This document shows positions 21,432 through 34,713 of a DNA stretch of 64,000 nt, piece by piece. The translations under genes were made by a program, and so were the position numbers. The notes beneath the pieces are model-generated. The model did no database searches. It saw only the letters and a program-made list of their open reading frames with translations, and had not been told where the DNA came from. Within the stretch, counting starts at the first letter, position 1. Every line of letters begins with the position of its first letter. This stretch comes from Heteronotia binoei (lineage: Eukaryota). The stretch spans positions 43,152,001-43,216,000 of the forward strand of contig NC_083227.1 of NCBI RefSeq assembly GCF_032191835.1, written 5' to 3'.

Positions 21432-23946
21432 GTGGGGGCGGGAGAACGGGCAGGGTGTATTTGGCTGCTTCCGCCTTCCCCCAGGGTTGCCTGCCAACCT
21501 ACAGGTGGGGGATGTCGTTCTCCCGGAATTGCAGCTGACCTCCGGATGACAGAGATCAGTTCCCCTGGAGAAAATGGCAGCCTTAGAGGGTAAACTAGTG
21601 AGGGTAAATCGCATGCCTACTGAGCCCGCTCCCCTCACCAAACGCCATCTTTTCAAACCTCCAAGGATTTCCCGCAACCCACCGTTGGTAGTCTTATTTG
21701 CAATTTCTTTCTGGGAGAGGAAGGAACAAGCTGCTCGTTTGTACATGTTTCAGTTATGTAAACCCGTGTGAATGATTTAGTTAATCTATGATACAAGAGA
21801 GAGTGAAGGGAGAGGGAAAATAATCCGTTTCAGTTCCTAATACGGTTGTCAGTTGTCTTCTTGGGGGTTTTTGGTCCTTGTAATAACGACATCCAGTAAA
21901 CGGGATTTAGGCTTAAACAGAAAGGTTTCTTGCCCACTCCAGGTATTAAATTATATTACTAGAATAGGAAGACGTCCGTCGTGCTTCCTGATCACTGGCT
22001 TATCTTGTCATGTCAGTTATGCAGACTTGCCTGGGAAGCGACCTCTTGTATTTTATGGCCTTTTAACCCTACAGTTTCTCTTCTAACTATGTGTGTATCC
22101 ATACTGGCTGAAGTTTCACTTCATAAAGATCAGGGCTCTAGCTAAAGTTGCCAGGTGGCCTGTAGAAAAATGCCCCATCCCTTGAATATGTCAAAATGGG
22201 GAGCTGAAGCTTTTCCTTGCATGAAGGTATATGACATCCCTATTAGCCCCCCCCCCCCCCATTAAAGGGACAGGACTTTTTTTTCTGCTGGCAGTAAGCA
22301 ATCCTATCTTTAGCCTACAAAACATTATGCTATAATATATCAGTTTTTAAGGTGCCTCAGATCATCTTTTTTGGTTTTGCTCTAACAAACTAATATGGTT
22401 TTCCCACTGGAATTTTTATCTGCAGGCTCAAGTGAAAACAGCTACTGAAATTCTGCACAGGAGCTTTGCCAGAAAAAATCTGGCAGCTCAACCTGCTAAA
22501 AACAGGATTGCCACTTGACCTTTCCTGTGAAGGCTGGTATGCCTTACAACAGAGCAGACTATGTAGTTCTTTGCCACCTTTTAAAGTGCACCACCATTGA
22601 TTACCAGAGCTCTGTACAACTTTTATGACTGATGCAAAAATATTCTTGCTTCCATCGGTTTCTCTTGTTTGTGCCAGCCTTGGCATCATTCTGGTGGTAC
22701 TCTTGGACTCTCTCCACATTTGCCCCATCATTTGTACAATGGGATGCACCTGCTGAGTTGTCATAAGGATAATGAATAAGAATAGTAAAGCTTTTTCAGT
22801 GTTGTAGAAATGACTGCCCTAACCTGAGTGTCCCAGACTAACCCAACTCATCAGATCTCGAAAGCTAAGCAGGGTCGGACCTGGTTTGTACCATCCACCA
22901 AGGAAATCCCGGATTGCTTTGCAGAGGTAGACAATGGCAAACCACCTTTATTCATCTCTTGCCTTGAAAATCCCATGCTGGGTTGCCATGAGTCGGCTGC
23001 AACTTGGCACATTTCACCATCAGAACTGCTTGGTCATAAATATTACTGCGAGACAGGCTTGTCAGGTTGGGGATTTTATTATGGAAAGTGCACAGTTTCA
23101 TTGTCTGTTGGGCCATAAGACAAGGCTAGGTGTACATATGCGTGCAGCACAATGAAGCTGTAGATTTCACTGTGAGCGACCCAAAATAAGGGCCTGTCTT
23201 GCACTGTACCATCTGTTTGCCAAAGGGGGTATGGTTAACAAGCTACTGTCTTACAAACCTTTATGCCTGGTCCCTCTTCTTCCCCTGGAATGTGAAAGTC
23301 TGCAGACCACAGCATGATGTCTAAAAGCTGGAAAGTTAACTTCTTGCTTCAGACTTGTGAACTCCTGGCCTTGTGCCTCTTCACCTGATCTTTCTTTGAT
23401 CTGTAGTGCAATCCTAAGCAGAATTCCACCTCTAAACCCATTAATTTCAATGACCTTAGAAGGAGTATACCTTTGCTAAGAATGGCACTGTTGGTGTCCA
23501 CAATCCAGGTACCGTGTTTTATATAATTAGAAAAGCTGGGGGGGGGGGGTTACTGTGTTTTTCTCAAAAGAGTCTCCGAGTAGCTTTTAAACGCCTTCCC
23601 TTCCTCTCCCCACAGCAGTGACCTTGTGAGGTAGGTGGGGCTGAGAGAACTGTGACTGGCAGCATGCGGAAAAGCAGGAGAATCAAATCTGGTTCTCCAA
23701 ATTAGAGTCTGCTGTATAACATTTATATCCCCCTTTTCTGCCCTCACAAGGGCCACAAAGGCAACTAACAAATCAAAACATACATAATAAAAATCACATA
23801 ATAAAAATACCTCCCCCACAAAAAACACAGATCATTAAAACCAGAGCCAAAATACAAAGATGTAAGAACAACAATTAAATGCTTGTGATCACCTTTAGCA
23901 TTGGCCCTTGGCTGTCCAGCATCACCTCTCTTTCTCCTCCCTACAG

Positions 23947-24409
23947 TGTGTCCCTCAAATCTGAGATTAAGAAGTTGATCTACATGCAAGTGGCGCTGTG
24001 GCTGCTGGTGGCAGCGCAGATGTGTGTCGCTCACCTCAAGTTGCTGTCCCACGATCAGGTGGCCATGCCCTATCAGTGGGAATACCCATACTTGCTCAGT
24101 ATCATCCCTTCGCTCTTTGGCCTCCTCTCCTTCCCCCGAAACAACATCAGCTACCTGGTGATCTCCATGATCAGCACAGGCCTTTTCTCGGTGGCACCTC
24201 TCATCTACGGCAGCATGGAGATGTTCCCCATGGCTCAGCAGCTCTACCGTCACGGCAAGGCCTACCGCTTCATCTTTGGCTTCTCCGCCGTCTCGGTCAT
24301 GTACTTGCTGGTCGTGATTGCTGTGCAGGTCCACAGCTGGCAGCTTTATTACAGCAAGAAGCTCCTGGACTCCTGGTTCACCAGCACACAGGAGAAGAAG
24401 AAGAAATGA
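23947..24409 (+). CDS. JAGN1: JAGN1 exon 2
   Basis: ctacag|TGTGTCC; [42 protein letters not shown]; total 183 aa; C-terminal dilysine ER-retrieval motif. Confidence 0.97.
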
Positions 24410-26309
24410 AGAAATGGCTCAGAGTTGCATGCATGTGGGGCATCGTCTCAGGGCTGGGAGCTGGAGGTGTTGCTCAGGCAAAGGCAGAATGGGTTTTTTG
24501 TCCTCCCCATCCAGTGGATAGGTGATGCCAAAGATCCTATGTATGCTGAGTGAGAGTTAGCCTGTACCTTGGCATCTTTCAGCTAGGGCTGGGAGACGCA
24601 CAGTATGGACAACTTTCCTTGGGAGGGACTTAAGGGTTCTTCGGTCTTGAGAGGCAGCCGATGCTGTCCAGCAACAGGCCATCCTCATGCGGCTGAAAGT
24701 GCTGGGAGCTCACAATGAGTGGATTTGGATGCTGAACCGGTCAAAGGCATCTCCAAGCTTAAGAGACTGATGGTCTTTAGCTGTGCTGTAGCCTGTGAGA
24801 TACTAGTGGGATGGGATAATAAATCATGCTGAGGCTGGGATACCTTGCGTATGCTCATCCTGGAGCTCTCAATAGGGAATGCTCTAGGCCCCAGCCCTGT
24901 AGAGAGGGACGTGCCCCTGTGCAGTGATCCCCACCCCACCCCAGGGATGAGCCACTTTGCTGTGGGGGAAGAAGACCTCTTGAGCTGCTGTTTTTAGCCA
25001 GGAAGAAAGTGGCTTCCAGCCAGATGTCATTATGCTGTGCTTTTTCCTCTTTGCTCACCCACAGAGGACCAGTTTGTGGGACCAGTGCCACGTCTCTGAA
25101 CCTGGCCTGCTTTGCATCTTCATGCAGACCCTCACAGCTTTAGGATTCCATCCTTTTTCAGATGTTCCCTTTTCCTCAGACAGCATAGTTCCCTCCACCC
25201 TGAGACAATGGCTACCTTCTCCTTTTTCCCAGGCACTGAATTTTCAGCATCCCCTCCTATGTGCTTCTGTACCAAATAAAGAGCTGAACTGGAATGTCTT
25301 TCTTGTGGGTCTTTTCTGAGGAGTGGGATTGGCGGCGGCATCTAGCAACTCTGGGTGGAACTGGATTCCTTCTTGAATCTGCCATGCTTCGGGGAGGCAA
25401 AAGGTAGAGTGGGAGGGTTTTGGGGGGAGGGGGAATGTCACCCTATCTGCACACAGGCAAAAATCACTTAGACTTGTCATTTTAATCACAATTTCCTTTC
25501 CAGCTACAGCCCAAATCTACAATGAAATGCCCCGAGCCTAAGGAGGGACACCTGTGTGACATGGTGACTGCCTTAGTATTAACCCCCAGTAAAACCATCA
25601 CCCTGCCATTCCTTCAGTTGTCACATATTTCCTTTCAGAAATTGGCAGAAGAGGCACAGTTAAAGATTTCAACAACTTTTGGTTTATTTGAACAGACCGG
25701 CAAGGAAGGGAATCAATATGTACATAGGGTTTGGGATTAGGAATATGTAGGCAGACAGTTGAAAACTAAACACAACTGCCTCTGAAGTTGCTGACTTCAC
25801 ATGAGATGGTTTTACACTTAAAGTTGTTTGGCTTTCGCTGATGCTTTAGCCGATAATATAATGCTTAGTCTTAAAGGTGGCGTGGCACAGATTTGCTTTT
25901 TAAACTTTATACTAGATAATCATACAGCCTTGAGATTGTACTCAGTGTTGTCCCTTTGGTTAAGACTCCTCTAGACCCCTTTTCTCTGGCAAGACCATTG
26001 TTATCTCCTCTTTAAGATAAATAACCTGGGACTTGGGCATTTGAGGGCCTTTCAATGCCACTGCACACCCTTTGCCAAATCCTGATCTTCCAGACTGACA
26101 GTCTTTTCCCCACTGAACAGTAAGGTTAATACTGGAGAAAAATTCACTCTCAACGTGGATTCTTTGTTTTACACACAGAGACTGTACTTTTGGGGACAGT
26201 CTTCCATCAGAGTCTCATATATTCCAAACCACTCCATGCTGGTTCTGACACAGACTCTGCTTTATTAGGCTTTTCTCACATGAAAGAGTGTCTCAAGCTA
26301 CCACTCCCT

Positions 26310-26495
26310 ATCAAAGGTTTCAGGTTTTCACGGCTGGTAACATCATTAGGGTTTGTAGAAACTTTCGGGCTCAAGTGCCATGTTCTACTGGAGAAAGTTT
26401 TCCTTCCAGACGTTTCGTTCTCAGCTGCGGAGAACATCCTCAGTGGCGTTGCAGCCGGAGCAGGCGCTCTGACCTTCTTGGCTGCTTTGCATTGC
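26310..26495 (-). mobile_element. Penelope-like element terminal (pseudo-LTR) fragment
   Basis: Contains CCAGACGTTTCG..CATCCTCAGTGG, the characteristic PLE terminal motif. Confidence 0.65.
26406..26446 (-). ncRNA. Minimal type I hammerhead ribozyme motif
   Basis: Minus strand: CCA-CUGAGGA-U-GUUCUC(CGCAGCU)GAGAAC-GAAAC-GUC^UGG; stem I CCA/UGG, 6-bp stem II, palindromic ACGU stem III. Confidence 0.8.
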
Positions 26496-26513
26496 ATCAC
26501 TCAGGAAAACTGA

Positions 26514-26765
26514 GACCAATTCCCCACTAGTCTTACCCCACTCTCAAGACTTCTCTTCGCGGGGCTTCAGTTGGATTTCGCACAAACTGCCCCAAGGCTG
26601 CAATTTGCTCCACCTCTTTTGAGCAGCAGACAAGATCCTCTAAAAACCGGTTTCTGTTTGCCCCATAAAAGAGGCAAAGCGAGCTGCAGCCCTGGGGCAG
26701 CTTGTGCGGAATCCGACGGAAGAAGAGGAGAGTGAGAGCGAGGTAAGGCTAGTGGGAAATCGGTC
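26514..26765. mobile_element. PIF/Harbinger-like palindromic MITE
   Basis: TIR GACCAATTCCCCACT / AGTGGGAAATCGGTC; 3-bp TSD TGA. Confidence 0.75.
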
Positions 26766-27762
26766 TGAGATCTAAATATAATGAACTTGGAGGGAGGGGT
26801 TTATTAAGAGGGGATAAAGCTAAACATCTATGAAGAATGATTAGCAGGTCTCCAGCAGTCAAAATAATATCAATATTGTCAGTCTCCAATAAGGGGTGCT
26901 ATGTCCCCCCCCCCCTTCTTGCCAGGCCTGGCGGTGCCCAGTACCAGTCTGGGGCCTGCATCTTTGTTGTGTTGCATCGGCAGCACAGGTCCCTGGCTGG
27001 GCAGCTGACACCACGGGGCCCAATGTGGCCCCCAGGCTCAGCACAGAGCATGGGGCTGTGCACCCACCACTGCCAGACCCAGCACTGAGACCTGGGCTGC
27101 ATAGCTGCTGCCACTGAACCCAGCATGGCTCCCCAGCACCACACTGTTGACTGCCAGAGTTTAGTGTGTTTTTTCACTTGTGCAGAGAAAGCTGTTTTCA
27201 GTGGGGGGGATTTAACTGCTTTACTTGGGGGAGAATTTACCCCCGCCAATGCCATGGCAGAGCCTGGAGCAGTTCCCCGTGTCTGCCACCAGGCTGCAAT
27301 GCTGCAGCTGAACCCAGAACAACTGCCAATGTGTACTGCCTCTGCAGCCAGCTGGAAAAGAAAATTGCCACTGTCTTGTGGCTTTCAAACATCTGACATT
27401 CATGTCTTGTGACTCTCAAACATCTGACGTTTATTCTAGGTGGCTCTTACATTAAGCAAGCTTGGCCACCCCTATTCTAGCCAGTTGGCCACTCTATACG
27501 TAAAAGGAATTGATAATAACAACAATGGCAGCAATGATGATGATAGATTGGATTTATACCCCACCCTTCACTTGGAGTCTCTCCATTACGGACACCATGT
27601 GAGGTAGGTGGGACTGAGAGAGCTCTATGTGAACTGCTCATGAGAGAACAGCTCTGAGAGAACTTGTGACTGATCCACGACCACATCAGCAGCTGCATGT
27701 GAAGGAGTAGGGAATCAAATTTAGCTTTCCCAGACTGGAGTCCGTGCTCTTAATCACTACAC

Positions 27763-28048
27763 CAGGGGTGGCCAAACTTGCTTAATGTAAGAGCCACATA
27801 GACTAAATGTCAGATGTTTGAGAGTTGCAAGACATGAACATCAGATGAGGAAGGAAGGAAGGAAGGAAGGAAGGAAGGAAGGAAGGAAGGAAGGAAGGAA
27901 GGAAAATAGAGTTGGTTTGGCTTGGAGAAATGATTTAAAGAGACAAATGCCTTCTCCAGGCCGGCAGATGAGTTGTGAGGGCTTTGAGAGCCACAGAATG
28001 TGTGAAAGAGCCACATGCGGCTCCTGAGCTGCAGTTTGACACCCCCTG
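27763..28048. mobile_element. hAT MITE with (GAAG)n microsatellite, nested in the head of a SINE
   Basis: Exact TSD CACTACAC; splits the SINE sequence TAATCACTACAC|CAAACTG. Confidence 0.85.
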
Positions 28049-28159
28049 CACTACACCAAACTGTCTCTCTTTTTAGTATCATTCCCATTCATATACTTGA
28101 AAAGAAGGCTCCTTCTGTTCAATTGTATGCATGGGAACGATACTTAAAAGAATCTAAAA

Positions 28160-28697
28160 TGCTTGGGGCTCTTTAGCTTGGAGAAACGTCGACTGAGAGT
28201 TGACATGATAGAGGTTTACAAGATTATACATGGGATAGAGAAGGTAGAGAAAAAAGTATTTTTTTCCCTTTCTCACAATATGAGAACTCGTGGGCACACA
28301 ATGAAATTGCTGAGCAGTTGGGTTAGAACAGATAAAAGGAAGTACTTCTTCACCCAAAGGGTGATTAACACATGGAATTCACTGCCACAGGAGGTGGCGG
28401 CGGCTACAAGCATAGGCAGCTTCAAGAGGGGATTGGATAAACATACGGAGCAGAGGTCCATCAGTGGCTATTAGCCACAGCGTATTGATGGAACTCTCTG
28501 TCTGGGGCAGTGATGCTCTGTATTCTTGGTGCTTGTGGGGGGGGGGCGGGGGCGGACAATGGGAAGGCTTCTAGTATCCTGGCCCCACTGATGGACCTCC
28601 TGATAGCACCTGGGTTTTTGTTTTTGCCACTGTGTGACAGAGTGTTGGAGTGGATGGGCCATTGGCCTGATCCAACATGGCTTCTCTTATGTTCTTA
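28160..28697 (+). mobile_element. CR1 LINE 3' fragment
   Basis: ORF2 C-terminus MGLFSLEKRRLRVDMIEVYKIIHG..RGHTMKL..RKYFFTQRVINTWNSLP; tail CTTCTCTTATGTTCTTA. Confidence 0.92.
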
Positions 28698-30557
28698 AGC
28701 TACACATGAAACACATAAGGGTTGTATAATTCTTAAAGATTCCTTTTCCTTTGCACCATTTAATCTTTTTCTTCTACATTTGCCTTGGTGTGGCCCCTTT
28801 TCTTCAGGTATAAGTACTCTGCTTCTAGGAGATTTAGTTTCCTGGTTATTTTCTGCTTGCTTGGGGAAGATTTGGGCTATCCAGTCATTCAGCTATAAGA
28901 GGCTAAGACACTTGGGAAACTAGCCTTTGATTTTAGCTGACCAATTGTAGCAATATCAAATGACAAAATTTGTTTTCCCTGCTTGCACAATGGCATAGTA
29001 GAACTGGTGTAATGTTTTAATAGGCTGGCACAGAAGGAATGAAAAAAAAGATGTGAGAGAAAACACAGCAGGTATCTGGGTTCACAAACTGACACAAGGA
29101 ATGGTTAAGTGCCATTGCTGAGCAAGGAAAACATATTTTCTGTTAGGTTTGTGTAGTTATGGGGGGGACTAGATGCATATAAGACTAGCGAAGTTATCTG
29201 ATACACTTGAATGAATACTTTAAGGGAAAATATCTATCTCATGCATATATAAACTTGTTTGGCTGGGGTTTTTTTTCTTCCAGTACTAACATTTTATGCT
29301 TTTAAACATGAAACTTTCCCCACCCACACTTCTTTAAAGTTAAGATTCTCCCCACCCATGGTTTTTGGTTGTTTGCTTCTGTGTGCTTTCTCCTCTCTCA
29401 ACTTGTAGTGGTTTTGACTCTTGGTGGCTGCAGGATGCCACAACAGTGCCTGCTTTCTTTGTTGCTTATCGCTTCCCCATCATTTCTGTTGCTTTTTCTC
29501 CCTTGTCCTTTGTTTCCAGCAGAGACATCATGCCAAGGCATTTGACTTTGTTATTTGGAACCCAGAGGCAAGAACCTGGGCATGATTTTTCCATATTTTC
29601 TTTTTTTTTATTTAGACCTAACCCACCCCAGATCTCAGGCTGAGATATAATGTTAGGACAGCAGTCTAGTTTTCTCTTTTGATTGACATCGCCATTATCA
29701 TAGAACTAGGAACTGAACCGGTTCAGCCACTTCTCTAATCCCTAGCCCTGAGGTAACTCCTGAGATTATCACAGTTTTAACACCTGTATCCAATTTATAT
29801 ATATATAGATAGTCCAGTGTAGGTATAGGAGTATAAGGAACTGCCATGATATCTATTCATTCCTCATATGTCTCTGTGTGGAAAGTGCCTTCAAGTTGCA
29901 GCTGACTTATGGTGGCAACCTCAGCAAGGGGCTTTCAAGTCAAGGGAGAAGCAGTGGTCTGCAGAGTCTTCCTTGGTGGTCTTCCTTCCAAGTACTGACC
30001 CTGCTTAGCTTCCAAAAACTGATGAGACCAGGCTATACCATGCTGCCTTCCCTACCCTCATGTACTGAAGCAAAAAAATTGACCATTTACCATGCAAAAT
30101 TGGTGGCCATGTGCATGCATGGATTGCGCATAGCATATGTTAGGAGCATCAAAATAACAGCAATTGAAAGGGCTTTTATTGGTGTTCATATACCGCACAG
30201 ATTCAGAGGTACCTGTTTAATTAATTTTTTTAAATTAATGATGGTTACCTAATTCCACCCATGCATGACATCAGATAGCACCCATGCATAATGCACTTAC
30301 GCCTTCTCCAATTTGTGGACAAGAAGTGTGTCAATAATGCAGTGGTATTGAAATAACCATGGGTATAATGGGGAATTGATCTGGAGGTTTTGGGGGCTCT
30401 GGGGGAGCTGTTTTTTGAGTTAGAGGCACCAGATTTTCAGTATAGTATCTAGTGCCTCTTCCCAAAGTACCCCCCAAGTTTCAAAACGATTAGACCAGGG
30501 GGTCCAATTCTATGAGCCCCAAAAGAAGGTGCATTCTAAGCACCCTGATATAAAATT

Positions 30558-30809
30558 GCTGAGCAGTTGGGTTAAAACAGATAAAAGGAAGTACTTCTTC
30601 ACCCAAAGGGTAATTAACATGTGGAATTCACTGCCACAGGAGGTGGTGGCGGCTACAAGCATAGACAGCTTCAAGAGGGGGTTAGATAAAAATATGGAGC
30701 AGAGGTCCATCAGTGGCTATATATAATTTTTTTGGCCACTGTGTGACACAGAGTGTTGGACTGGGTGGGCCATTGGCCTGATCCAACATGGCTTCTCTTA
30801 TGTTCTTAT
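30558..30809 (+). mobile_element. CR1 LINE 3' fragment inserted in a hAT-derived element
   Basis: Same family as 28160; interrupts the host element at AAGAAGGTGC|CCCTATCC. Confidence 0.88.
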
Positions 30810-33800
30810 GTGCCCCTATCCTTCATTATTTCCTATGGAAGGAAGACATTTAAAAAGGTGTGCTGTCTCTTTAAATGTGATGGCCAGAACTCCCTTGGAG
30901 TTCAATTATGCTTGTAACACCCTCGTTCCTGGCTCTGCCCCCAATGTCTCCTGGCTCCACCCCCAGAGTCCCCAGATATTTCTTGAATTGGACTTGGCAA
31001 CCCTAGTTGTGTGTGTGTGGTGGTGAGGTAAAGGAGATTGTGACCGCTCTGAGACTCTGCGATTCAGAGTATAGGGCGGGATATAAATGAAATATCATCA
31101 TCTTCTCTAGGTATGATATGAGGGTCTGCAGAGGGAAAGGAATCAGCAAAAATTGCTCCACTAGTGGAAGTCCCCTGCTGTTGGCAAAAGAAAGAGAAAG
31201 AGCACACTGGGACAACCCACTGTATTTGAGTGGGTTGTAATTTTACATGGATTGGATTTGGACCAAAGTTTTTGAACCCAGTGGAAAACATGTAATACAG
31301 GAGTGGCAGCCTCCAAGTGGGACTGTCCGCAGAATTGCAGTTCATCTCCAGACTACGGAGATATATGGAGAATATGGATGCTTTGGAGGGTGGACTGTAT
31401 GACGTACTCCTCTGAGTTCCCTGTCCTCCCCAAACTCCATCACTTGAACACATGAAGCTGCCTTATACTGAATCAGACCCTTGGTCCATCGGACTCAGTA
31501 TCGTCTACTTAGACCGGCAGCAGCTCCCCAGGGTCTCAAGCTGAGGTTGTTCACATCACTTACTGCCTGATCCTTTTAACTGGAGATGCTGGGGATTGAA
31601 CGTAGGACCTTCTGCATGCCAAGCAGATGCTCTGCACATGAGCCACAGCCCCAGATCTCCCAGAGTTTCCCAGCCTGGATGTAGCAATCCTAACTCCCCA
31701 TCCCCTGCCAGATAATATGTAACACAGGGGAAACTGAAATTAGGAACAAATATATAAAATGCATTCTAAGCACCCTGATATAAAATTTATCTTTAGAAAG
31801 GGAAAATGCCAACCTCAGGGAACGTACTTGGAATTTTAAAAAAGGATAAAAATATATATTAACTCAAGCTTTCTGATAGCAAAGTCACCTTCTAGTTTTG
31901 TCAAGACTAAATCGTTTTAATAAGCAGAGTCAGAATGCTGTTGTGATTAGACTAGATCAGATAAGAATCCCCACTCTGCCATGGAAGCTCAAGCGGTGAC
32001 ATTGGGCCACTCACTCTCCTCCACTTAACCTATTTTACAGGATTGTTTTGTGAACATAAAATGGACGAGGGGAGAATGAGGTTATAATCTGCTTTGGGCT
32101 CCCAAAGGGGAGAAGAGTACGATATATTTAAACAAATTTGCTGGTCTGAATTTAGAGAAACAGACAATTAAACACCACCAGCCACAGTCCTGGTAAGGAA
32201 GGCCATCATTATGAAAGCATTCTTTCATCCCCAAGCTGACACACCCTTCAAGGGGAACACCAAATCAAGAGTATTCATCTGCAACTCAGCTCACCACAAT
32301 TTTGTTGGGTTTTTTTAATTAAAGCACAGCTTGGATCGAGAAGATAAGGAAATCTGATTCAAGGCAAGAAGTCGTCATAGTTTTCAGAAACATCTCAGTG
32401 TATTTCTCAGTCAGAATGAAGCCACTCGATACAGAGAAATGCTACAATGATTATTATCAAATAGATTGCATATATTTCACTGTCTGGGCTTGTCTCGTGC
32501 CTGATGTACACCGAGTTTAGGCAATACAGAAACATACAGTTCAGATGGTTATAGTTTGGATTAATGACAAAGTAATCAAGGGAATCTTAATGCACACATG
32601 TCTCCAAATCTCTTAACACAGCCAGTAGCATAGAAATTGAAATGATAACCATTCATATGTTCTACTCACATCCACTGAAATGGATTTCCATGTGTGGGAG
32701 AGGGAGAGACTGCCATGAAGTACTGCACAAGTTAGTCCCCCAGCTTAGCCTACCTCATAAGACTGTTGTGTGAGAATCAATCAATGTATTACATTGTATT
32801 ACATTTATTCTTCTGTTTTGTAGGGATAAGAATGCATTGGAGGCCTCCCAATGGATAGGGTTACCAACTGCCTGGAAAAAAATCCCGTCCCTTTAACAGA
32901 GGCTTACACATGAAACACTGTTTACTAGTAGTGCAGAGTGCTGTCAAGTCATCGCAGACTTACGGAGACCCTGTAGCCATTTAAAGGCAAGAGGCATCCA
33001 GAGGTGGTTTGCAATTCTTGCTCACCTAAACAACCCTGGAGTTCCTTGATGGTCTCCCATCCAAGTATTTGCCATCAACCCTGCTTAGTTTCCATTGAGC
33101 TTGCCCAGAGGTAGCCAAACTTGCTTAACATAAGAACCACATAGAATAAACATCAGTTGTCTGAGAACCGGAAGAGATGAACATCAGTTGCTTGAGGGAG
33201 GGAAGAAAGATGGGGAGAGAAAGAAAAATAGATGGGGAGAGAGGTGGAAAGAAAACAACTTTAACTTTAAATGCATTTTCAAAACTGCCAGCTGGTTTGG
33301 CTTGGAGAAGTGATTTAAAGAGACAAATGCCATCTCCAAGCCAGACATTGGGGTTGTGGGGGCTATGAGAGCCACACAATATGTGTGAAAGAATCACATG
33401 TGGCTCCCGAGCTGCAGTTGGGCCTCCCCTGAGCTAGCCTGAGTCTTCCAGGTCTGGATGCTGCATAATTACTATGACTATATTACTAAGGTAGGGCCAG
33501 GGCTTTTTTTTTGAGCAGGAACGCAGTTCTGGCTGGCTTGGTGTCAGGGGCTGGCTTGCTGCTGCACCAAAAGCCTAATATGCAAATGAGTTCCTGCTCG
33601 GCTTTTTCTACCAAAAATCCCTTTTGTGAAACAATGGTGATGCAGGGGGTGTGGCTTAATATGCAAATGAGTTCCTGCTGAGCTTTTTCTACCAAAAAGG
33701 TTCTACCGTAAGGCAAACAGTCACACTGTTTAGTGGGTGAAGGGATGTATGCCTTTGGTATACATACACTTCATAGAGACCCTCGGATTTTAAAAAATAT

Positions 33801-34493
33801 ATTTTAAAGCATATCAAACGTAAACATGAACGTTATCAATGTCATAAATGTTAATAGCGTATGCACATCTTCAATTAATATACAATGCATAAGAAATCTT
33901 AATTGAAATCACACTCATAATTCCTAAATTCTACACAAGGATTAAACAAGAAGTAATATTCTAATAATATTACTTCCTGTTTAATGTGAACAATTCATCA
34001 GTTATAGACACCACCAGAGAACCAAGTGTTATTCAGTTTCTGAGCAGATCTCTTTAGTGAGGTGAGGTAATTGATTCTCACTCCTTAAGTAACTGTTCAC
34101 ATTTTGTTGGGTAAACATATGATACCCAACACTATTGTAAACAGTCTGGCTGCTCCTATTATTTCAATATTCTTGAAATTTTTGCATGTTATTCTTTATG
34201 AAGAAGAAAAGTTCTGCTTCAAGAGTTACAGTTGTATAAAATATTTTCCTAGCTGTGGGCAACTGTCTGTTTCCAGGCATAGTTATTTGTTCATAAGAGT
34301 AATTCAGAATGGGCTTAACTGAGTGGAATGAACTTGTGTAAGTGGAACATTCCCACCTTTGGCTTTCCGCAGCAGCTCCTCTGTGCCCTGCCAATCCTCT
34401 GCTGAGGGCTAGGGACCATAGGTATGTGAATATATATGCTTAAAGAAAAATCCTGTAACATTCAAAAGTTTGCCTTTTGAATAAGTAGACACA

Positions 34494-34713
34494 GGGCCTT
34501 TTCTTTTTGTAGCAGAGTGTGAAATACATTAGCTAAAATTCAGCATTTCAATAGGCCTTTTTTAATAGCAGGAACGCATATTACTGTAACCAATCCTCCA
34601 AGAGCTTACAGGGCTCTTAGTACAGGGCCTACTGTAAGCTCCAGGAGGATTGGCTACATCAGGGTGTGTGTGACCTAATATGCAAAGGCGTTCCTGCTAC
34701 AAAAAAAGCCCTA
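34494..34713. mobile_element. MITE of the AGGGCTTTTTT..AAAAAAGCCCT family with rearranged left end
   Basis: TIRs visible; relatives at ~6356-6510, 33498-33705, 37318-37460 (TSD CCCAGAAG) and ~38780-38890. Confidence 0.7.

Noticed and set aside
22830-23010. 5S rRNA gene
   Set aside because: Only a diverged 5S-like head fused to a SINE body, with several similar copies in the window; treated as a 5S-derived SINE
23765-24525. 189-aa antisense and 175-aa alternate-frame ORFs
   Set aside because: Shadows of JAGN1 exon 2
28163-28474. Host protein-coding gene
   Set aside because: CR1 ORF2 C-terminus; the same applies to 30529-30726 and 48791-49126
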